A DNA stretch of 63,879 nt, filler included, from Octopus bimaculoides (Eukaryota), in NCBI RefSeq assembly GCF_001194135.2. It is 5 parts of 5 records of this genome, joined end to end, with 100 filler letters (N's around TTAATTAATTAA, not from the genome) between each part and the next. Parts side by side here need not be neighbours in the genome. Positions count along the whole stretch, not along the records: positions 1 to 21,451 come from NC_068985.1; positions 21,552 to 34,820 come from NC_068993.1; 3 more parts are not named here. One strand, 5' to 3'. The stretch's first letter is position 1. Every line of letters starts with the position of its first letter. The translations under genes and the position numbers were made by a program. Under the pieces are notes generated by a model. The model searched no databases and had not been told where the DNA came from. It saw nothing but the letters and a program-made list of their open reading frames with translations. Below, piece by piece: positions 11,330-22,165 of the stretch.

Positions 11330-11680
11330 CCGTATATAACGAATATCAGAACTGCTCTAAAATTTATTTAGAGACTTTAAGAGGAGATTTTTATCCCATC
11401 TTACTTGCTTTGCTTCTGCAAAGCGTCAAACTTCCACCTCATTAACTAATTCTATACACCATCTTACGAATATTATCCATCCCTTACAATATTACCTGGA
11501 CCACTATTAAAACGGAAAGGTTGTACCAAGGTGGCTGAACTCAATGCGATCTCTCTGGCAAAGATTTTAAGGGGGAATTCAGATTTTAAGGTGGAATTCC
11601 CCTGTCTTCTGAACTTGCAAAGGGAGACTATCACTCTTTTGCAGACAGCTTCTTTAAATCGTATTTTTTCTTCCATAAAC
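11330..11680 (+). mobile_element. Penelope-like element, degenerate GIY-YIG endonuclease C-terminal region
   Basis: RDFKRRFLSHLTCF..STSLTNSI / YNITWTTIKTERLYQGG*TQCDL / CLLNLQRETITLL..SLNR, matching the PLE pattern FKxRxxxHxxxF..ITW..PY..CxLCLxEK..IL..LNxR. Confidence 0.7.
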
Positions 11681-12355
11681 GGATATGTTCACCCTGTGTT
11701 ATATATCTACGTATTCTACTTCATTGTTAGTCACAACTTTGCTCTTTATACTTTCTGTTGTCAAAAATATATACGTTTATGTCGTTTAGCCCTTATTTAC
11801 TAATATTCTAATATCTATCTAAGTGATTGTATGTTTGTTAATTAGTTATATAATCACTCCTCCTGCCACCATTTTTCACTCCTAACAAGATCGATTTCAG
11901 CTCTCATCTGTATTTATAGCCTTCTTTTCAAGTCCTACTGACGTCGTCATGCGTTAGCACACTTCAATGACTTGCAACATACTGACAGTTAAAAGTCAAG
12001 GCAGACTGATTTCCAGCATAAAATTGGCCAGGTCTTCCAATTAATTCATATCTTTCTCTTTATCAACTTTACGCTCCTTTACCATTTAACGTCACTGCCC
12101 ATACACTTAACTTCACACCAAGGGCTTTTAAAAGATTGACTGTTATGCTGCCATTCGAAATACGCCTCTGTCTCCTTCATCTAAACACCTTTCATCTTTT
12201 TTCAGGTCCCTTTTTTCTTCTACGTGTCCTTCACTTAACTCTTTCACTCTTTTCACTTCTAACATTATTTTAATCTTACAATTTTCCTCTAAGCTCTCTA
12301 ACTATTACTTAGTATAGTACGCTATCTATCTTTAAATTACGCCTACGTATTTATG

Positions 12356-12736
12356 AGCAATGGCCCAGTGGTTAGGGCAGCGGAGTCGCGGTCATAAGAT
12401 CGCGGTTTCGATTCCAAGACCGGGCGTTGTGAGTGTTTATTGAGCGAAAACACCTAAAGCTTCACGAGGCTCCTGCAGGGGATGGTGACGAACCCTGCTG
12501 TACTCTTTCACCACAACTTTCTCTCACTCTTACTTCCTGTTTCTGTTGTACCTGTAATTCAAAGGGTTAGCCTTGTCACACTCTGTGTCACGCTGAATAT
12601 CCCCGAGAACTACGTAAAGAGTACACGTGTCTGTGGAGTGCTCAGCCACTAGCACGTTAATTTCACGAGCAGGCTGTTCCGTTGATTGGATCAACTGGAA
12701 CCTCGACGTCGTTAGCGACGGAGTGCCAACACAACA
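12356..12736 (+). mobile_element. Full-length tRNA-derived SINE (family D) with 11-bp target-site duplication
   Basis: A-box tggcccagtggttagg and B-box ggtttcgattcc, (CAA)-rich tail, and ACGTATTTATG at both 12345-12355 and 12737-12747. Confidence 0.92.
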
Positions 12737-12774
12737 ACGTATTTATGGTATTTGCTTTTATATACAGTATATAT

Positions 12775-13062
12775 CATGGACTCTCCCGTCGTTAGACGAC
12801 GTATGAGTGTTCGGCAATTTCTAGCTGAAGAACCGCACAGATGATTTGTTTATAGTGATGAAATGTTTGTGTATACATAAGCTCACTCCCTCCATCAAAT
12901 TGACATTACCTGTACATGTGCACTATGCGCCACATGCCAGATGACGAAATGATGGCAGTGCGATGTGAAATGAAGTAATTTGCTCAAGAGCACAACCCAA
13001 CGCCCGGTCTGGGAATCGAACCCACGATCTTGCAATCGTGAGAGCAACACCCTAACTACTAA
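12775..13062 (-). mobile_element. tRNA-derived SINE (related head and tail to families D/E), head cut by gap
   Basis: Reverse complement: ttagtagttagggtgttgctctcacgattgcaagatcgtgggttcgattcccagaccgggcgttgggttgtgctcttgagcaa; tail gtcgtctaacgacggga resembles the family-D tail. Confidence 0.8.
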
Positions 13063-13984
13063 NNNNNNNNNNNNNNNNNNNNNNNNNNNNNNNNNNNNNN
13101 NNNNNNNNNNNNNNNNNNNNNNNNNNNNNNNNNNNNNNNNNNNNNNNNNNNNNNNNNNNNNNNNNNNNNNNNNNNNNNNNNNNNNNNNNNNNNNNNNNNN
13201 NNNNNNNNNNNNNNNNNNNNNNNNNNNNNNNNNNNNNNNNNNNNNNNNNNNNNNNNNNNNNNNNNNNNNNNNNNNNNNNNNNNNNNNNNNNNNNNNNNNN
13301 NNNNNNNNNNNNNNNNNNNNNNNNNNNNNNNNNNNNNNNNNNNNNNNNNNNNNNNNNNNNNNNNNNNNNNNNNNNNNNNNNNNNNNNNNNNNNNNNNNNN
13401 NNNNNNNNNNNNNNNNNNNNNNNNNNNNNNNNNNNNNNNNNNNNNNNNNNNNNNNNNNNNNNNNNNNNNNNNNNNNNNNNNNNNNNNNNNNNNNNNNNNN
13501 NNNNNNNNNNNNNNNNNNNNNNNNNNNNNNNNNNNNNNNNNNNNNNNNNNNNNNNNNNNNNNNNNNNNNNNNNNNNNNNNNNNNNNNNNNNNNNNNNNNN
13601 NNNNNNNNNNNNNNNNNNNNNNNNNNNNNNNNNNNNNNNNNNNNNNNNNNNNNNNNNNNNNNNNNNNNNNNNNNNNNNNNNNNNNNNNNNNNNNNNNNNN
13701 NNNNNNNNNNNNNNNNNNNNNNNNNNNNNNNNNNNNNNNNNNNNNNNNNNNNNNNNNNNNNNNNNNNNNNNNNNNNNNNNNNNNNNNNNNNNNNNNNNNN
13801 NNNNNNNNNNNNNNNNNNNNNNNNNNNNNNNNNNNNNNNNNNNNNNNNNNNNNNNNNNNNNNNNNNNNNNNNNNNNNNNNNNNNNNNNNNNNNNNNNNNN
13901 NNNNNNNNNNNNNNNNNNNNNNNNNNNNNNNNNNNNNNNNNNNNNNNNNNNNNNNNNNNNNNNNNNNNNNNNNNNNNNNNNNNN

Positions 13985-14210
13985 GACGGGACGCCAGTCC
14001 ATCGCAGTGTTACTCAAGAAACAAGAAGAAAGAGTGAGAGAAAGTTGGGGCGAAAGAGTACGACAGGGGTCGTCGCCACCCACTGCCGGAGCCTCATGGA
14101 GCTTTAGGTGTTTTCGCTCAATAAACACTCACGACGCCCGGTTTGGGAATCGAAACCGCGATCCTCCGACTGCGAGTCTGCTTCACTAACCACTGGGCCA
14201 TTGCGCCTCC
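13985..14210 (-). mobile_element. tRNA-derived SINE (family D), 5' half
   Basis: Reverse complement matches 12356-12560 (caatggcccagtggttagtgaagcagactcgcagtcgg..ggtttcgattcccaaaccgggcgtcgtgagtgtttattgagcgaaaacacctaaagc). Confidence 0.88.
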
Positions 14211-14371
14211 ACAGACCACTACTGGCTCACTCTTTTACCTACGGACCTCGTAGCCCCTAGATGGTATATTATATGCTTTTAACATATTGGGTTTCTAGAC
14301 TTTTTGTCTAGGCCGTGTTTTCTTTCCTTTTTCTTCTTTCCTTTGTTTATATTGTTTGCTCTTGGTTTATA

Positions 14372-14483
14372 CTCTGATGAAACTCCGTGCTTTAATTCGA
14401 ATGACCTATTAAGATAGAGAACTTCATTCTCGCATTTATTTATAGTCAGCATTTTGGCATCTGATCGGAAACGGCCGTAAGAT
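14372..14483 (+). ncRNA. Candidate degenerate type I hammerhead ribozyme in a PLE-type terminal repeat
   Basis: CTGATGA at 14374-14380, then GAAAC-GGCC-GTA (palindromic stem III, GUA triplet). Stem I only 2 bp; stem II pairing poor. Confidence 0.35.
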
Positions 14484-14764
14484 ATCTTACGTCACCTATT
14501 TGTTATGTCATGCTTTGCATTAATAAATAAGCTATAAATGTGGTACAATCGATGTGTTTGTTAATCAGAGGTTTTCTCCATTTTCTGATTATTTGCATTG
14601 GTTCCCAATAAACTATTGTTTGTCCTGTTGTTACCTGCACTCTACGTGCATGGTGTGCTTGCACACAAATGCCCCCCGGGAAAATACGGGTAACGGATAC
14701 CGATACTATATTCGGATATTTTATCCCTTATCGGTTATTATCACCGCTAACTCTGTTTACAATA

Positions 14765-14818
<54 letters not shown>

Positions 14819-14820
14819 AC

Positions 14821-14943
14821 TAGGGTGTTAGGAAACATCTTCGTTGCTAGAAATAAGATCTAAACCGCTCTAATGCTGTAGTTAACGCACATGAATGAAA
14901 AAACATGGACTCTGTTTCAAGCAATGTGTTTCCTAACACCGTA
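14821..14943. mobile_element. ~120-bp MITE (Tc1/mariner type, TA-flanked)
   Basis: Perfect 14-bp inverted repeat GGTGTTAGGAAACA (14824-14837) / TGTTTCCTAACACC (14927-14940), with TA one base outside each arm. Confidence 0.75.
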
Positions 14944-15847
14944 ATCACATTTAGTGACAACTATAATTCTCCTTTTTAGTGAAACAGTGCAAACTGCTGT
15001 TCATATTAATTATATATATATATATAGAAATCAANNNNNNNNNNNNNNNNNNNNNNNNNNNNNNNNNNNNNNNNNNNNNNNNNNNNNNNNNNNNNNNNNN
15101 NNNNNNNNNNNNNNNNNNNNNNNNNNNNNNNNNNNNNNNNNNNNNNNNNNNNNNNNNNNNNNNNNNNNNNNNNNNNNNNNNNNNNNNNNNNNNNNNNNNN
15201 NNNNNNNNNNNNNNNNNNNNNNNNNNNNNNNNNNNNNNNNNNNNNNNNNNNNNNNNNNNNNNNNNNNNNNNNNNNNNNNNNNNNNNNNNNNNNNNNNNNN
15301 NNNNNNNNNNNNNNNNNNNNNNNNNNNNNNNNNNNNNNNNNNNNNNNNNNNNNNNNNNNNNNNNNNNNNNNNNNNNNNNNNNNNNNNNNNNNNNNNNNNN
15401 NNNNNNNNNNNNNNNNNNNNNNNNNNNNNNNNNNNNNNNNNNNNNNNNNNNNNNNNNNNNNNNNNNNNNNNNNNNNNNNNNNNNNNNNNNNNNNNNNNNN
15501 NNNNNNNNNNNNNNNNNNNNNNNNNNNNNNNNNNNNNNNNNNNNNNNNNNNNNNNNNNNNNNNNNNNNNNNNNNNNNNNNNNNNNNNNNNNNNNNNNNNN
15601 NNNNNNNNNNNNNNNNNNNNNNNNNNNNNNNNNNNNNNNNNNNNNNNNNNNNNNNNNNNNNNNNNNNNNNNNNNNNNNNNNNNNNNNNNNNNNNNNNNNN
15701 NNNNNNNNNNNNNNNNNNNNNNNNNNNNNNNNNNNNNNNNNNNNNNNNNNNNNNNNNNNNNNNNNNNNNNNNNNNNNNNNNNNNNNNNNNNNNNNNNNNN
15801 NNNNNNNNNNNNNNNNNNNNNNNNNNNNNNNNNNNNNNNNNNNNNNN

Positions 15848-15885
<38 letters not shown>

Positions 15886-16177
15886 CGCGTGCGTGCAATA
15901 TAGCTTTGATTGTTAAAACTTCATTTCCATCTGAATGGGTTGTGTTGTTCATATAATTTAAAATTGTGATATCTCATATACATTCGCTAACACCAATCTA
16001 TTTTATTGATACGCACACACAATGTACACTACTACACTTCAAACTTCAGAAACGGCTCTATAGGAGGGCTCACGTTCTCCACTCACTTATTGGTGTGCTT
16101 TGGCTGGAGAATTACGAGGGACTATTCGGATTCTCCTATTTTTAAATCTGTGACATTAGAGTATGGACTTTCAGGAA

Positions 16178-16530
16178 GGCGCATGGCTCAGTGGTTAGAG
16201 CGTCGGGCTCATATTCATGACGTAGTGAGTTCTATTGCCGGACCGGACTGTATGTTGTGTTCTTATTCAAGACACTTTATTCCAGACATTTTATACAGAG
16301 TTAGACATTTCATAGTGTGCACTCATCAATAGAAATGATTTGCGACGTCACTCGTGCCAAGCTGTATCGGCCTTTGCCTTTCCTTTGGATAGCATTGTTG
16401 ACGTGGAGAGAGGCGGCTAGTATGCACGGGCGCCTGCTGGTCTTCCATAAACAGCCTTGCCCAGATTTGTGCCTCGGAGAGTAACGTTCTAGGCGCAATT
16501 CCATGGTCATTCATGATCGAAGGGTTTCCT
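16178..16530 (+). mobile_element. Near full-length tRNA-derived SINE (family E)
   Basis: Head ggcgcatggctcagtggttagagcgtcgggctc with degenerate B-box; the body matches the reverse complement of 54153-54484. Confidence 0.88.
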
Positions 16531-17122
16531 TATCTATCTATGAAGAATTAATTTGAACTTAAGCTTTCATGGCTTTCATTCGTTTCGGCTAAATTTGCAT
16601 ATATTTTTTATACACGCTTCTTCATAACTATATAAGTCATCGTGCTGTGGTGGCTACATCGTGGTATGTTGATTCTTGTTTATTTTTATGTATTTCGACC
16701 ATACGTGTACTGATGAACAAAAGAATGCAGGTTACTTCACAGTTTTTCTGTATTTGATTGAGAAACCAGTGGTTTACCGTTAAGTTAAATGTTTTTAAGA
16801 GATAAATTTTGAAAGCTGCATTTCCTCGCTTTCAGTAAATATGTTGCTTATTGTTTGGTAGTTTTTGACTTATTTAGTCCCTCGAAGCGTGAGGCATTAC
16901 TACACAGTTAATGCTCTTTATATAAATGATTTATATATATATATATATATATATATATNNNNNNNNNNAGAGAGAGAGAGAGAGAGAGATACGACGGAAA
17001 AAGCCCGTTGTGTGTGTTTATATACGCACACACACGCACACACACACGCACACACACACGCACACACACACATACACACACACACACTCACACATATATA
17101 TGTATATATATATATACACATA

Positions 17123-17280
17123 CAACGGGCTACTTTCAGTTTCCGTCATATATATATATATATATATATACTGAAGCTATAGTAGAAGACACGTGCCCAA
17201 GGTGCCACGCAGTGTCACTGATCCCGGAACCATGTGTTTGGAGAGCAAGTGTCTTACTACACACTCGCACATGGCACATC
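17123..17280 (-). mobile_element. tRNA-derived SINE (family B), 5' half interrupted by (TA)n
   Basis: Matches family-B copies (gctatagtagaagacac..cccaaggtgccacgcag..ccggaaccatgt; ctttcagtttccgtc). Confidence 0.8.
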
Positions 17281-17785
17281 ATTATATCTTTTGCAACTTA
17301 TCTCTACTGAAACGACAAATATGACGCATAGATCTCATGAGTTGAATAAAGTCTTGTTAGTTTGAGTTGTCGCTATGATTTTGTTTTAACGGCTCATTCA
17401 ACGAAGGGGATTGGAGCACAAATATCCGGTTCAGATAAGAAGACTTTCATCAAATGAAATATTTATCATCACACTTGGAAAATAACACTCACAGGCAAAC
17501 ACACATACATGTAACTGTGTGGTCGTAAGCAAGGTTAATTCTTCGTAGCTGAAGGATTGGTAGGTGAAAACAAGCATTCTCATTAACAGAAAGATATGAG
17601 ACACTGCAAACTTTAGAATAAGCGTGTATCTAGTTTTTATATACACAGAATCACAATCACATAATGATTTATAAGTATACACACGCGCACACACTCGCAC
17701 ACAAACACACACACACGGACACACACACACATATACGTTTATATACATACATAGATACACACATATATAAATGTATATATGTATG

Positions 17786-17844
<59 letters not shown>

Positions 17845-18759
17845 NNNNNNNNNNNNNNNNNNNNNNNNNNNNNNNNNNNNNNNNNNNNNNNNNNNNNNNN
17901 NNNNNNNNNNNNNNNNNNNNNNNNNNNNNNNNNNNNNNNNNNNNNNNNNNNNNNNNNNNNNNNNNNNNNNNNNNNNNNNNNNNNNNNNNNNNNNNNNNNN
18001 NNNNNNNNNNNNNNNNNNNNNNNNNNNNNNNNNNNNNNNNNNNNNNNNNNNNNNNNNNNNNNNNNNNNNNNNNNNNNNNNNNNNNNNNNNNNNNNNNNNN
18101 NNNNNNNNNNNNNNNNNNNNNNNNNNNNNNNNNNNNNNNNNNNNNNNNNNNNNNNNNNNNNNNNNNNNNNNNNNNNNNNNNNNNNNNNNNNNNNNNNNNN
18201 NNNNNNNNNNNNNNNNNNNNNNNNNNNNNNNNNNNNNNNNNNNNNNNNNNNNNNNNNNNNNNNNNNNNNNNNNNNNNNNNNNNNNNNNNNNNNNNNNNNN
18301 NNNNNNNNNNNNNNNNNNNNNNNNNNNNNNNNNNNNNNNNNNNNNNNNNNNNNNNNNNNNNNNNNNNNNNNNNNNNNNNNNNNNNNNNNNNNNNNNNNNN
18401 NNNNNNNNNNNNNNNNNNNNNNNNNNNNNNNNNNNNNNNNNNNNNNNNNNNNNNNNNNNNNNNNNNNNNNNNNNNNNNNNNNNNNNNNNNNNNNNNNNNN
18501 NNNNNNNNNNNNNNNNNNNNNNNNNNNNNNNNNNNNNNNNNNNNNNNNNNNNNNNNNNNNNNNNNNNNNNNNNNNNNNNNNNNNNNNNNNNNNNNNNNNN
18601 NNNNNNNNNNNNNNNNNNNNNNNNNNNNNNNNNNNNNNNNNNNNNNNNNNNNNNNNNNNNNNNNNNNNNNNNNNNNNNNNNNNNNNNNNNNTATATATAT
18701 AATATATATATTGATATAAGAAAAAAAGATATATACATATTTACAGGTATTTTGTTGGA

Positions 18760-18952
18760 TGGCCGTTGATTGCTCAGGAGTTCCTCTGCCCTTTGACGAG
18801 CCTTATTTTTTATCGCGAAGGGTGTACAACACCACCTTCCTCACCAAGCAAGCTGGTGGTGTTGCCAGTTTAGCGCCGACGACCCGACCATACGACAGGT
18901 TGTACTGGATTACATGTTTCTAGTAGCACTCAAGAGCGAAGAGCGACCTGAA
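18760..18952 (-). mobile_element. GC-rich retroelement 5'-end-like fragment (RTE-like UTR) with possible HDV-like fold
   Basis: GC-rich island between microsatellites; the minus strand shows nested short complementary segments (see finding). Clade assignment is inference only. Confidence 0.35.
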
Positions 18953-18954
18953 AT

Positions 18955-18987
<33 letters not shown>

Positions 18988-19179
18988 GATATACACATAT
19001 ATATAGATATATGCATATATATGCATGTATATATATATATATATATATATACATATATACATATATATACACACACACATATATGTATACATATATATAC
19101 ACACACATATATATATATACACATACATATATATATATATATATACATATATATAGGGAGAATTCATTAAAAAAAAACA

Positions 19180-19335
19180 AAGGTGGTGTAGACAACAGAC
19201 AGATGTATTAGTATAACGCTCAGGAAGTGAAAAAGTCTTTAACGTTTCGAGTCTACGTTCTTCCACAGAAAGGAATACAGAAAGAAAAAAGAGTAGAGAA
19301 AAGAAGGAGAGAAAGAAAGAATGTGTAGTAGCTAG
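19180..19335 (-). mobile_element. Dispersed repeat copy 1 carrying a hammerhead-like motif (19237-19273)
   Basis: Clearly homologous to 24175-24300 and 32990-33103. Motif on minus strand: cctttCTGTGGAagaacgtagactcGAAAcgttaaag. Confidence 0.8.
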
Positions 19336-19590
19336 CGTTCTATCTTATATAGATATAGTTACAATTTAGTGTACTGAGAAATAGCACCTACACGCAAAAA
19401 ATAGACGTTATATTAGTCTAAAACGACATCATTTTCGTTCACTCCATTAGCACAGTTTGAAAGTGAGATAAATAACCGATTGGCAAAATTTCGTTCGGTT
19501 AATTCTAGATCGAATGATTTCTGGTCTTGTAATATAAAAATTACTTTACTTTACTTTCGTTAGTAGAATATACCAAAATGTACTTAAATG

Positions 19591-19648
<58 letters not shown>

Positions 19649-20297
19649 TATATACATAACCATAAAAATATACCCGTATGTGCACGGATACAAACATATG
19701 TTCACATGTCTATACGAGGCAAATTCCATTATTCATCGCACTCACGTGCGTATTTGATCAGAATAATACCGCATTGAATATAATGATCCGAGTGAATAAA
19801 TATAATATAATATATAATTGTGTATACACAATTAAGTATAAGATCATAATAAATATAACGGTCATATCAGTGGCCGGCAAGCAATAAAAACATATAGATA
19901 AGAATTAATAAAGATATATAATTATATTGATATAATTATAATTAAGGATACTGAAAAGTAGCACATACACGCTAGATATACACGTCAAATGACTCTAACG
20001 CCACATTATTTTTTCACTCCATTAGCAAAAAAACAAGAAAATGCTAAATCTTTCATATTCATTTACCTCGATTTCAGCCTGTGCTAATAGAGTAAAAAAA
20101 CCCTATGTGGTTTTCGAGTCATTTGAGGCCTATTTCTAGCATGTAGGTGGTGTTTCTGAGTATCCTTGATTATAATTATATCTATTTAATTATATACCTA
20201 TATAAATTCTTAGCTGTATGGTTTTTGTTGAATGCCTGCCACTGATAAGATTGTTATTTTTATAATGACGTCATCCTTAATTGTTGTATACACATAC

Positions 20298-20337
<40 letters not shown>

Positions 20338-21117
20338 CATACACACATACATTTATAAATATATGTATGTTTGAATATAGTTTGACAATCTTCAGGACAA
20401 AAAGTCAAACAGGTACTTATTAGTTTTAAGACTGGGTGCATCATTATTTTTATTAAAGAAATACAATATTATAGTCTCATAACAGCCAATTTAAAATTTT
20501 TTTTCCTCACCTCCTTACTCTCCTTATATTACATATACACATACACAGACACATATTTGTACATATATAGATATATACATATATATGTACATATATATAT
20601 CTATATATACATATATATATACATACATATACATACATAGATACACACACACATACACAAACGCGTGTGCACATATATATATATATATATATTGATATGT
20701 CTATATATAAACGTATGTACACATATATATATAGTTATGGTATATTCTGCTAAGAACATAAAAGAGTACAGTATAAACTTCGTCCGCCTTCAGATTTACC
20801 CGCTGCTATCCAATAGTAGTATTATACGTATCTCCAAGTTTTGCGTTTGTGTCTGTATATATTAATATTTAGTTTATTTGTAGAGTTCATGCCAATAGAC
20901 AAAGACACGGTTTCTAACCAAGACCGAAGGCTCCTTCATTGAAATTCTAGACAACACCACCAAAGTATTTGTGTATGTTTGTGTGAATGTGTGTAAGATT
21001 TGGAATCAGTACATGTGCTGACTTCTATGTTTTATGTATATATTTTCATGTATAGAGTTGTTTGTCTCGACAAAGGCATATGTTCGACTACATACATACA
21101 TACATACATACACCCCC

Positions 21118-21165
<48 letters not shown>

Positions 21166-21495
21166 TGCCCCCTCGTTATCGAGTATGGCCATTGCACGAA
21201 ACTTCACCAATCAATCCATGTTGTTATCGTGCAGTGCCTGTGCATGAAGATTTTTTTTAAAGTGAGGAAAGGCTGTGCACTGAGTCAATCCCACTCACTA
21301 AGCAACAGTAGCCATAACCCGAAAAGAAGAACAATTCAACATCATCGGTAACCACTGAGCCGTAGGTTTTATGTCGGAGTTATCCCAGTTGCCTGAGTTG
21401 CCTTTTCCTAGAAGGATGCCCTAATAAGGGCTAGGGGTCCTTCACTCACAANNNNNNNNNNNNNNNNNNNNNNNNNNNNNNNNNNNNNNNNNNNN

Positions 21496-21507
21496 TTAAT
21501 TAATTAA
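21496..21507. other. Artificial scaffolding linker TTAATTAATTAA inside N44-12-N44 gap
   Basis: Exactly 44 N either side; palindromic, with stop codons in all six frames. Identical structure occurs four times. Confidence 0.95.
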
Positions 21508-21599
21508 NNNNNNNNNNNNNNNNNNNNNNNNNNNNNNNNNNNNNNNNNNNNTATATATATATACAGAGAGAGAGAGAGAGAAAGAGAGAGAAAAAGAGA

Positions 21600-21640
<41 letters not shown>

Positions 21641-21643
<3 letters not shown>

Positions 21644-22165
21644 ATAGTGGTACAACAATGCACTAATATTTAATAGAAATAGCAGTCGATAATATACGAC
21701 GCTATAGTAAAGCTCCAGTGTATGTATATTGGCAAAGATGTTTGTGGGCGGCGAGCATAAAAAATTTCATATTACCTGTAGGAAGAACATTAGATAAATG
21801 TACAACCCAGTCGTGGATAATCTAGGACCTAGGTTTCGAACTCTCCAAAATACGTTTGTTAATGTAAATGTGATTAGTTCTCTTCGGCTAGATTCGCCAA
21901 GACAAAATTTCAGATGTTACTACATCAATGCCAGTATTACTTGTCTGAACGTTTAGCTGTTAATAGACTGAGAACAGCGAAAATGTTTTCAAAGAAAAAT
22001 ATATATTAAATAGCGCAATACAATAGTATTGCTTCCCAGTAAAACAAAGCACCATTAGGTTAAAGAATATATATAGGATAGTGGTACAACAATGCACCAA
22101 TATTTACTGGAAAAAGCAGTCGATAATATGCGACGCTATACTAAAGCTTCACTGTATATGTATAC
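21641..22165 (+). repeat. ~85-bp direct repeat pair
   Basis: atagtggtacaacaatgcac..aatattt..gcagtcgataatat.cgacgctata.taaagct at ~21644 and ~22079. Confidence 0.8.

Noticed and set aside
11885-11915. Minus-strand cagatgagagctgaaatcgatc, hammerhead-like, downstream of the PLE GIY-YIG fragment
   Set aside because: U4 altered, essentially no stem II and no stem I pairing; at best an unrecognisably decayed remnant.
12356-12430. tRNA-like sequences (also 16178, 25842, 54420)
   Set aside because: A/B boxes continue into SINE bodies repeated elsewhere in the window and no complete cloverleaf is evident; these are SINE heads, not tRNA genes.
20011-20099. 16-bp imperfect inverted repeat (ttcactccattagca / tgctaatagagtaaa), left arm also at ~19438
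   Set aside because: Short and AT-rich with no TSD; not enough to call an element.
21345-21451. Possible RTE-type 5'UTR fragment on the minus strand
   Set aside because: Too short and cut by a scaffold join; resemblance is from memory only.
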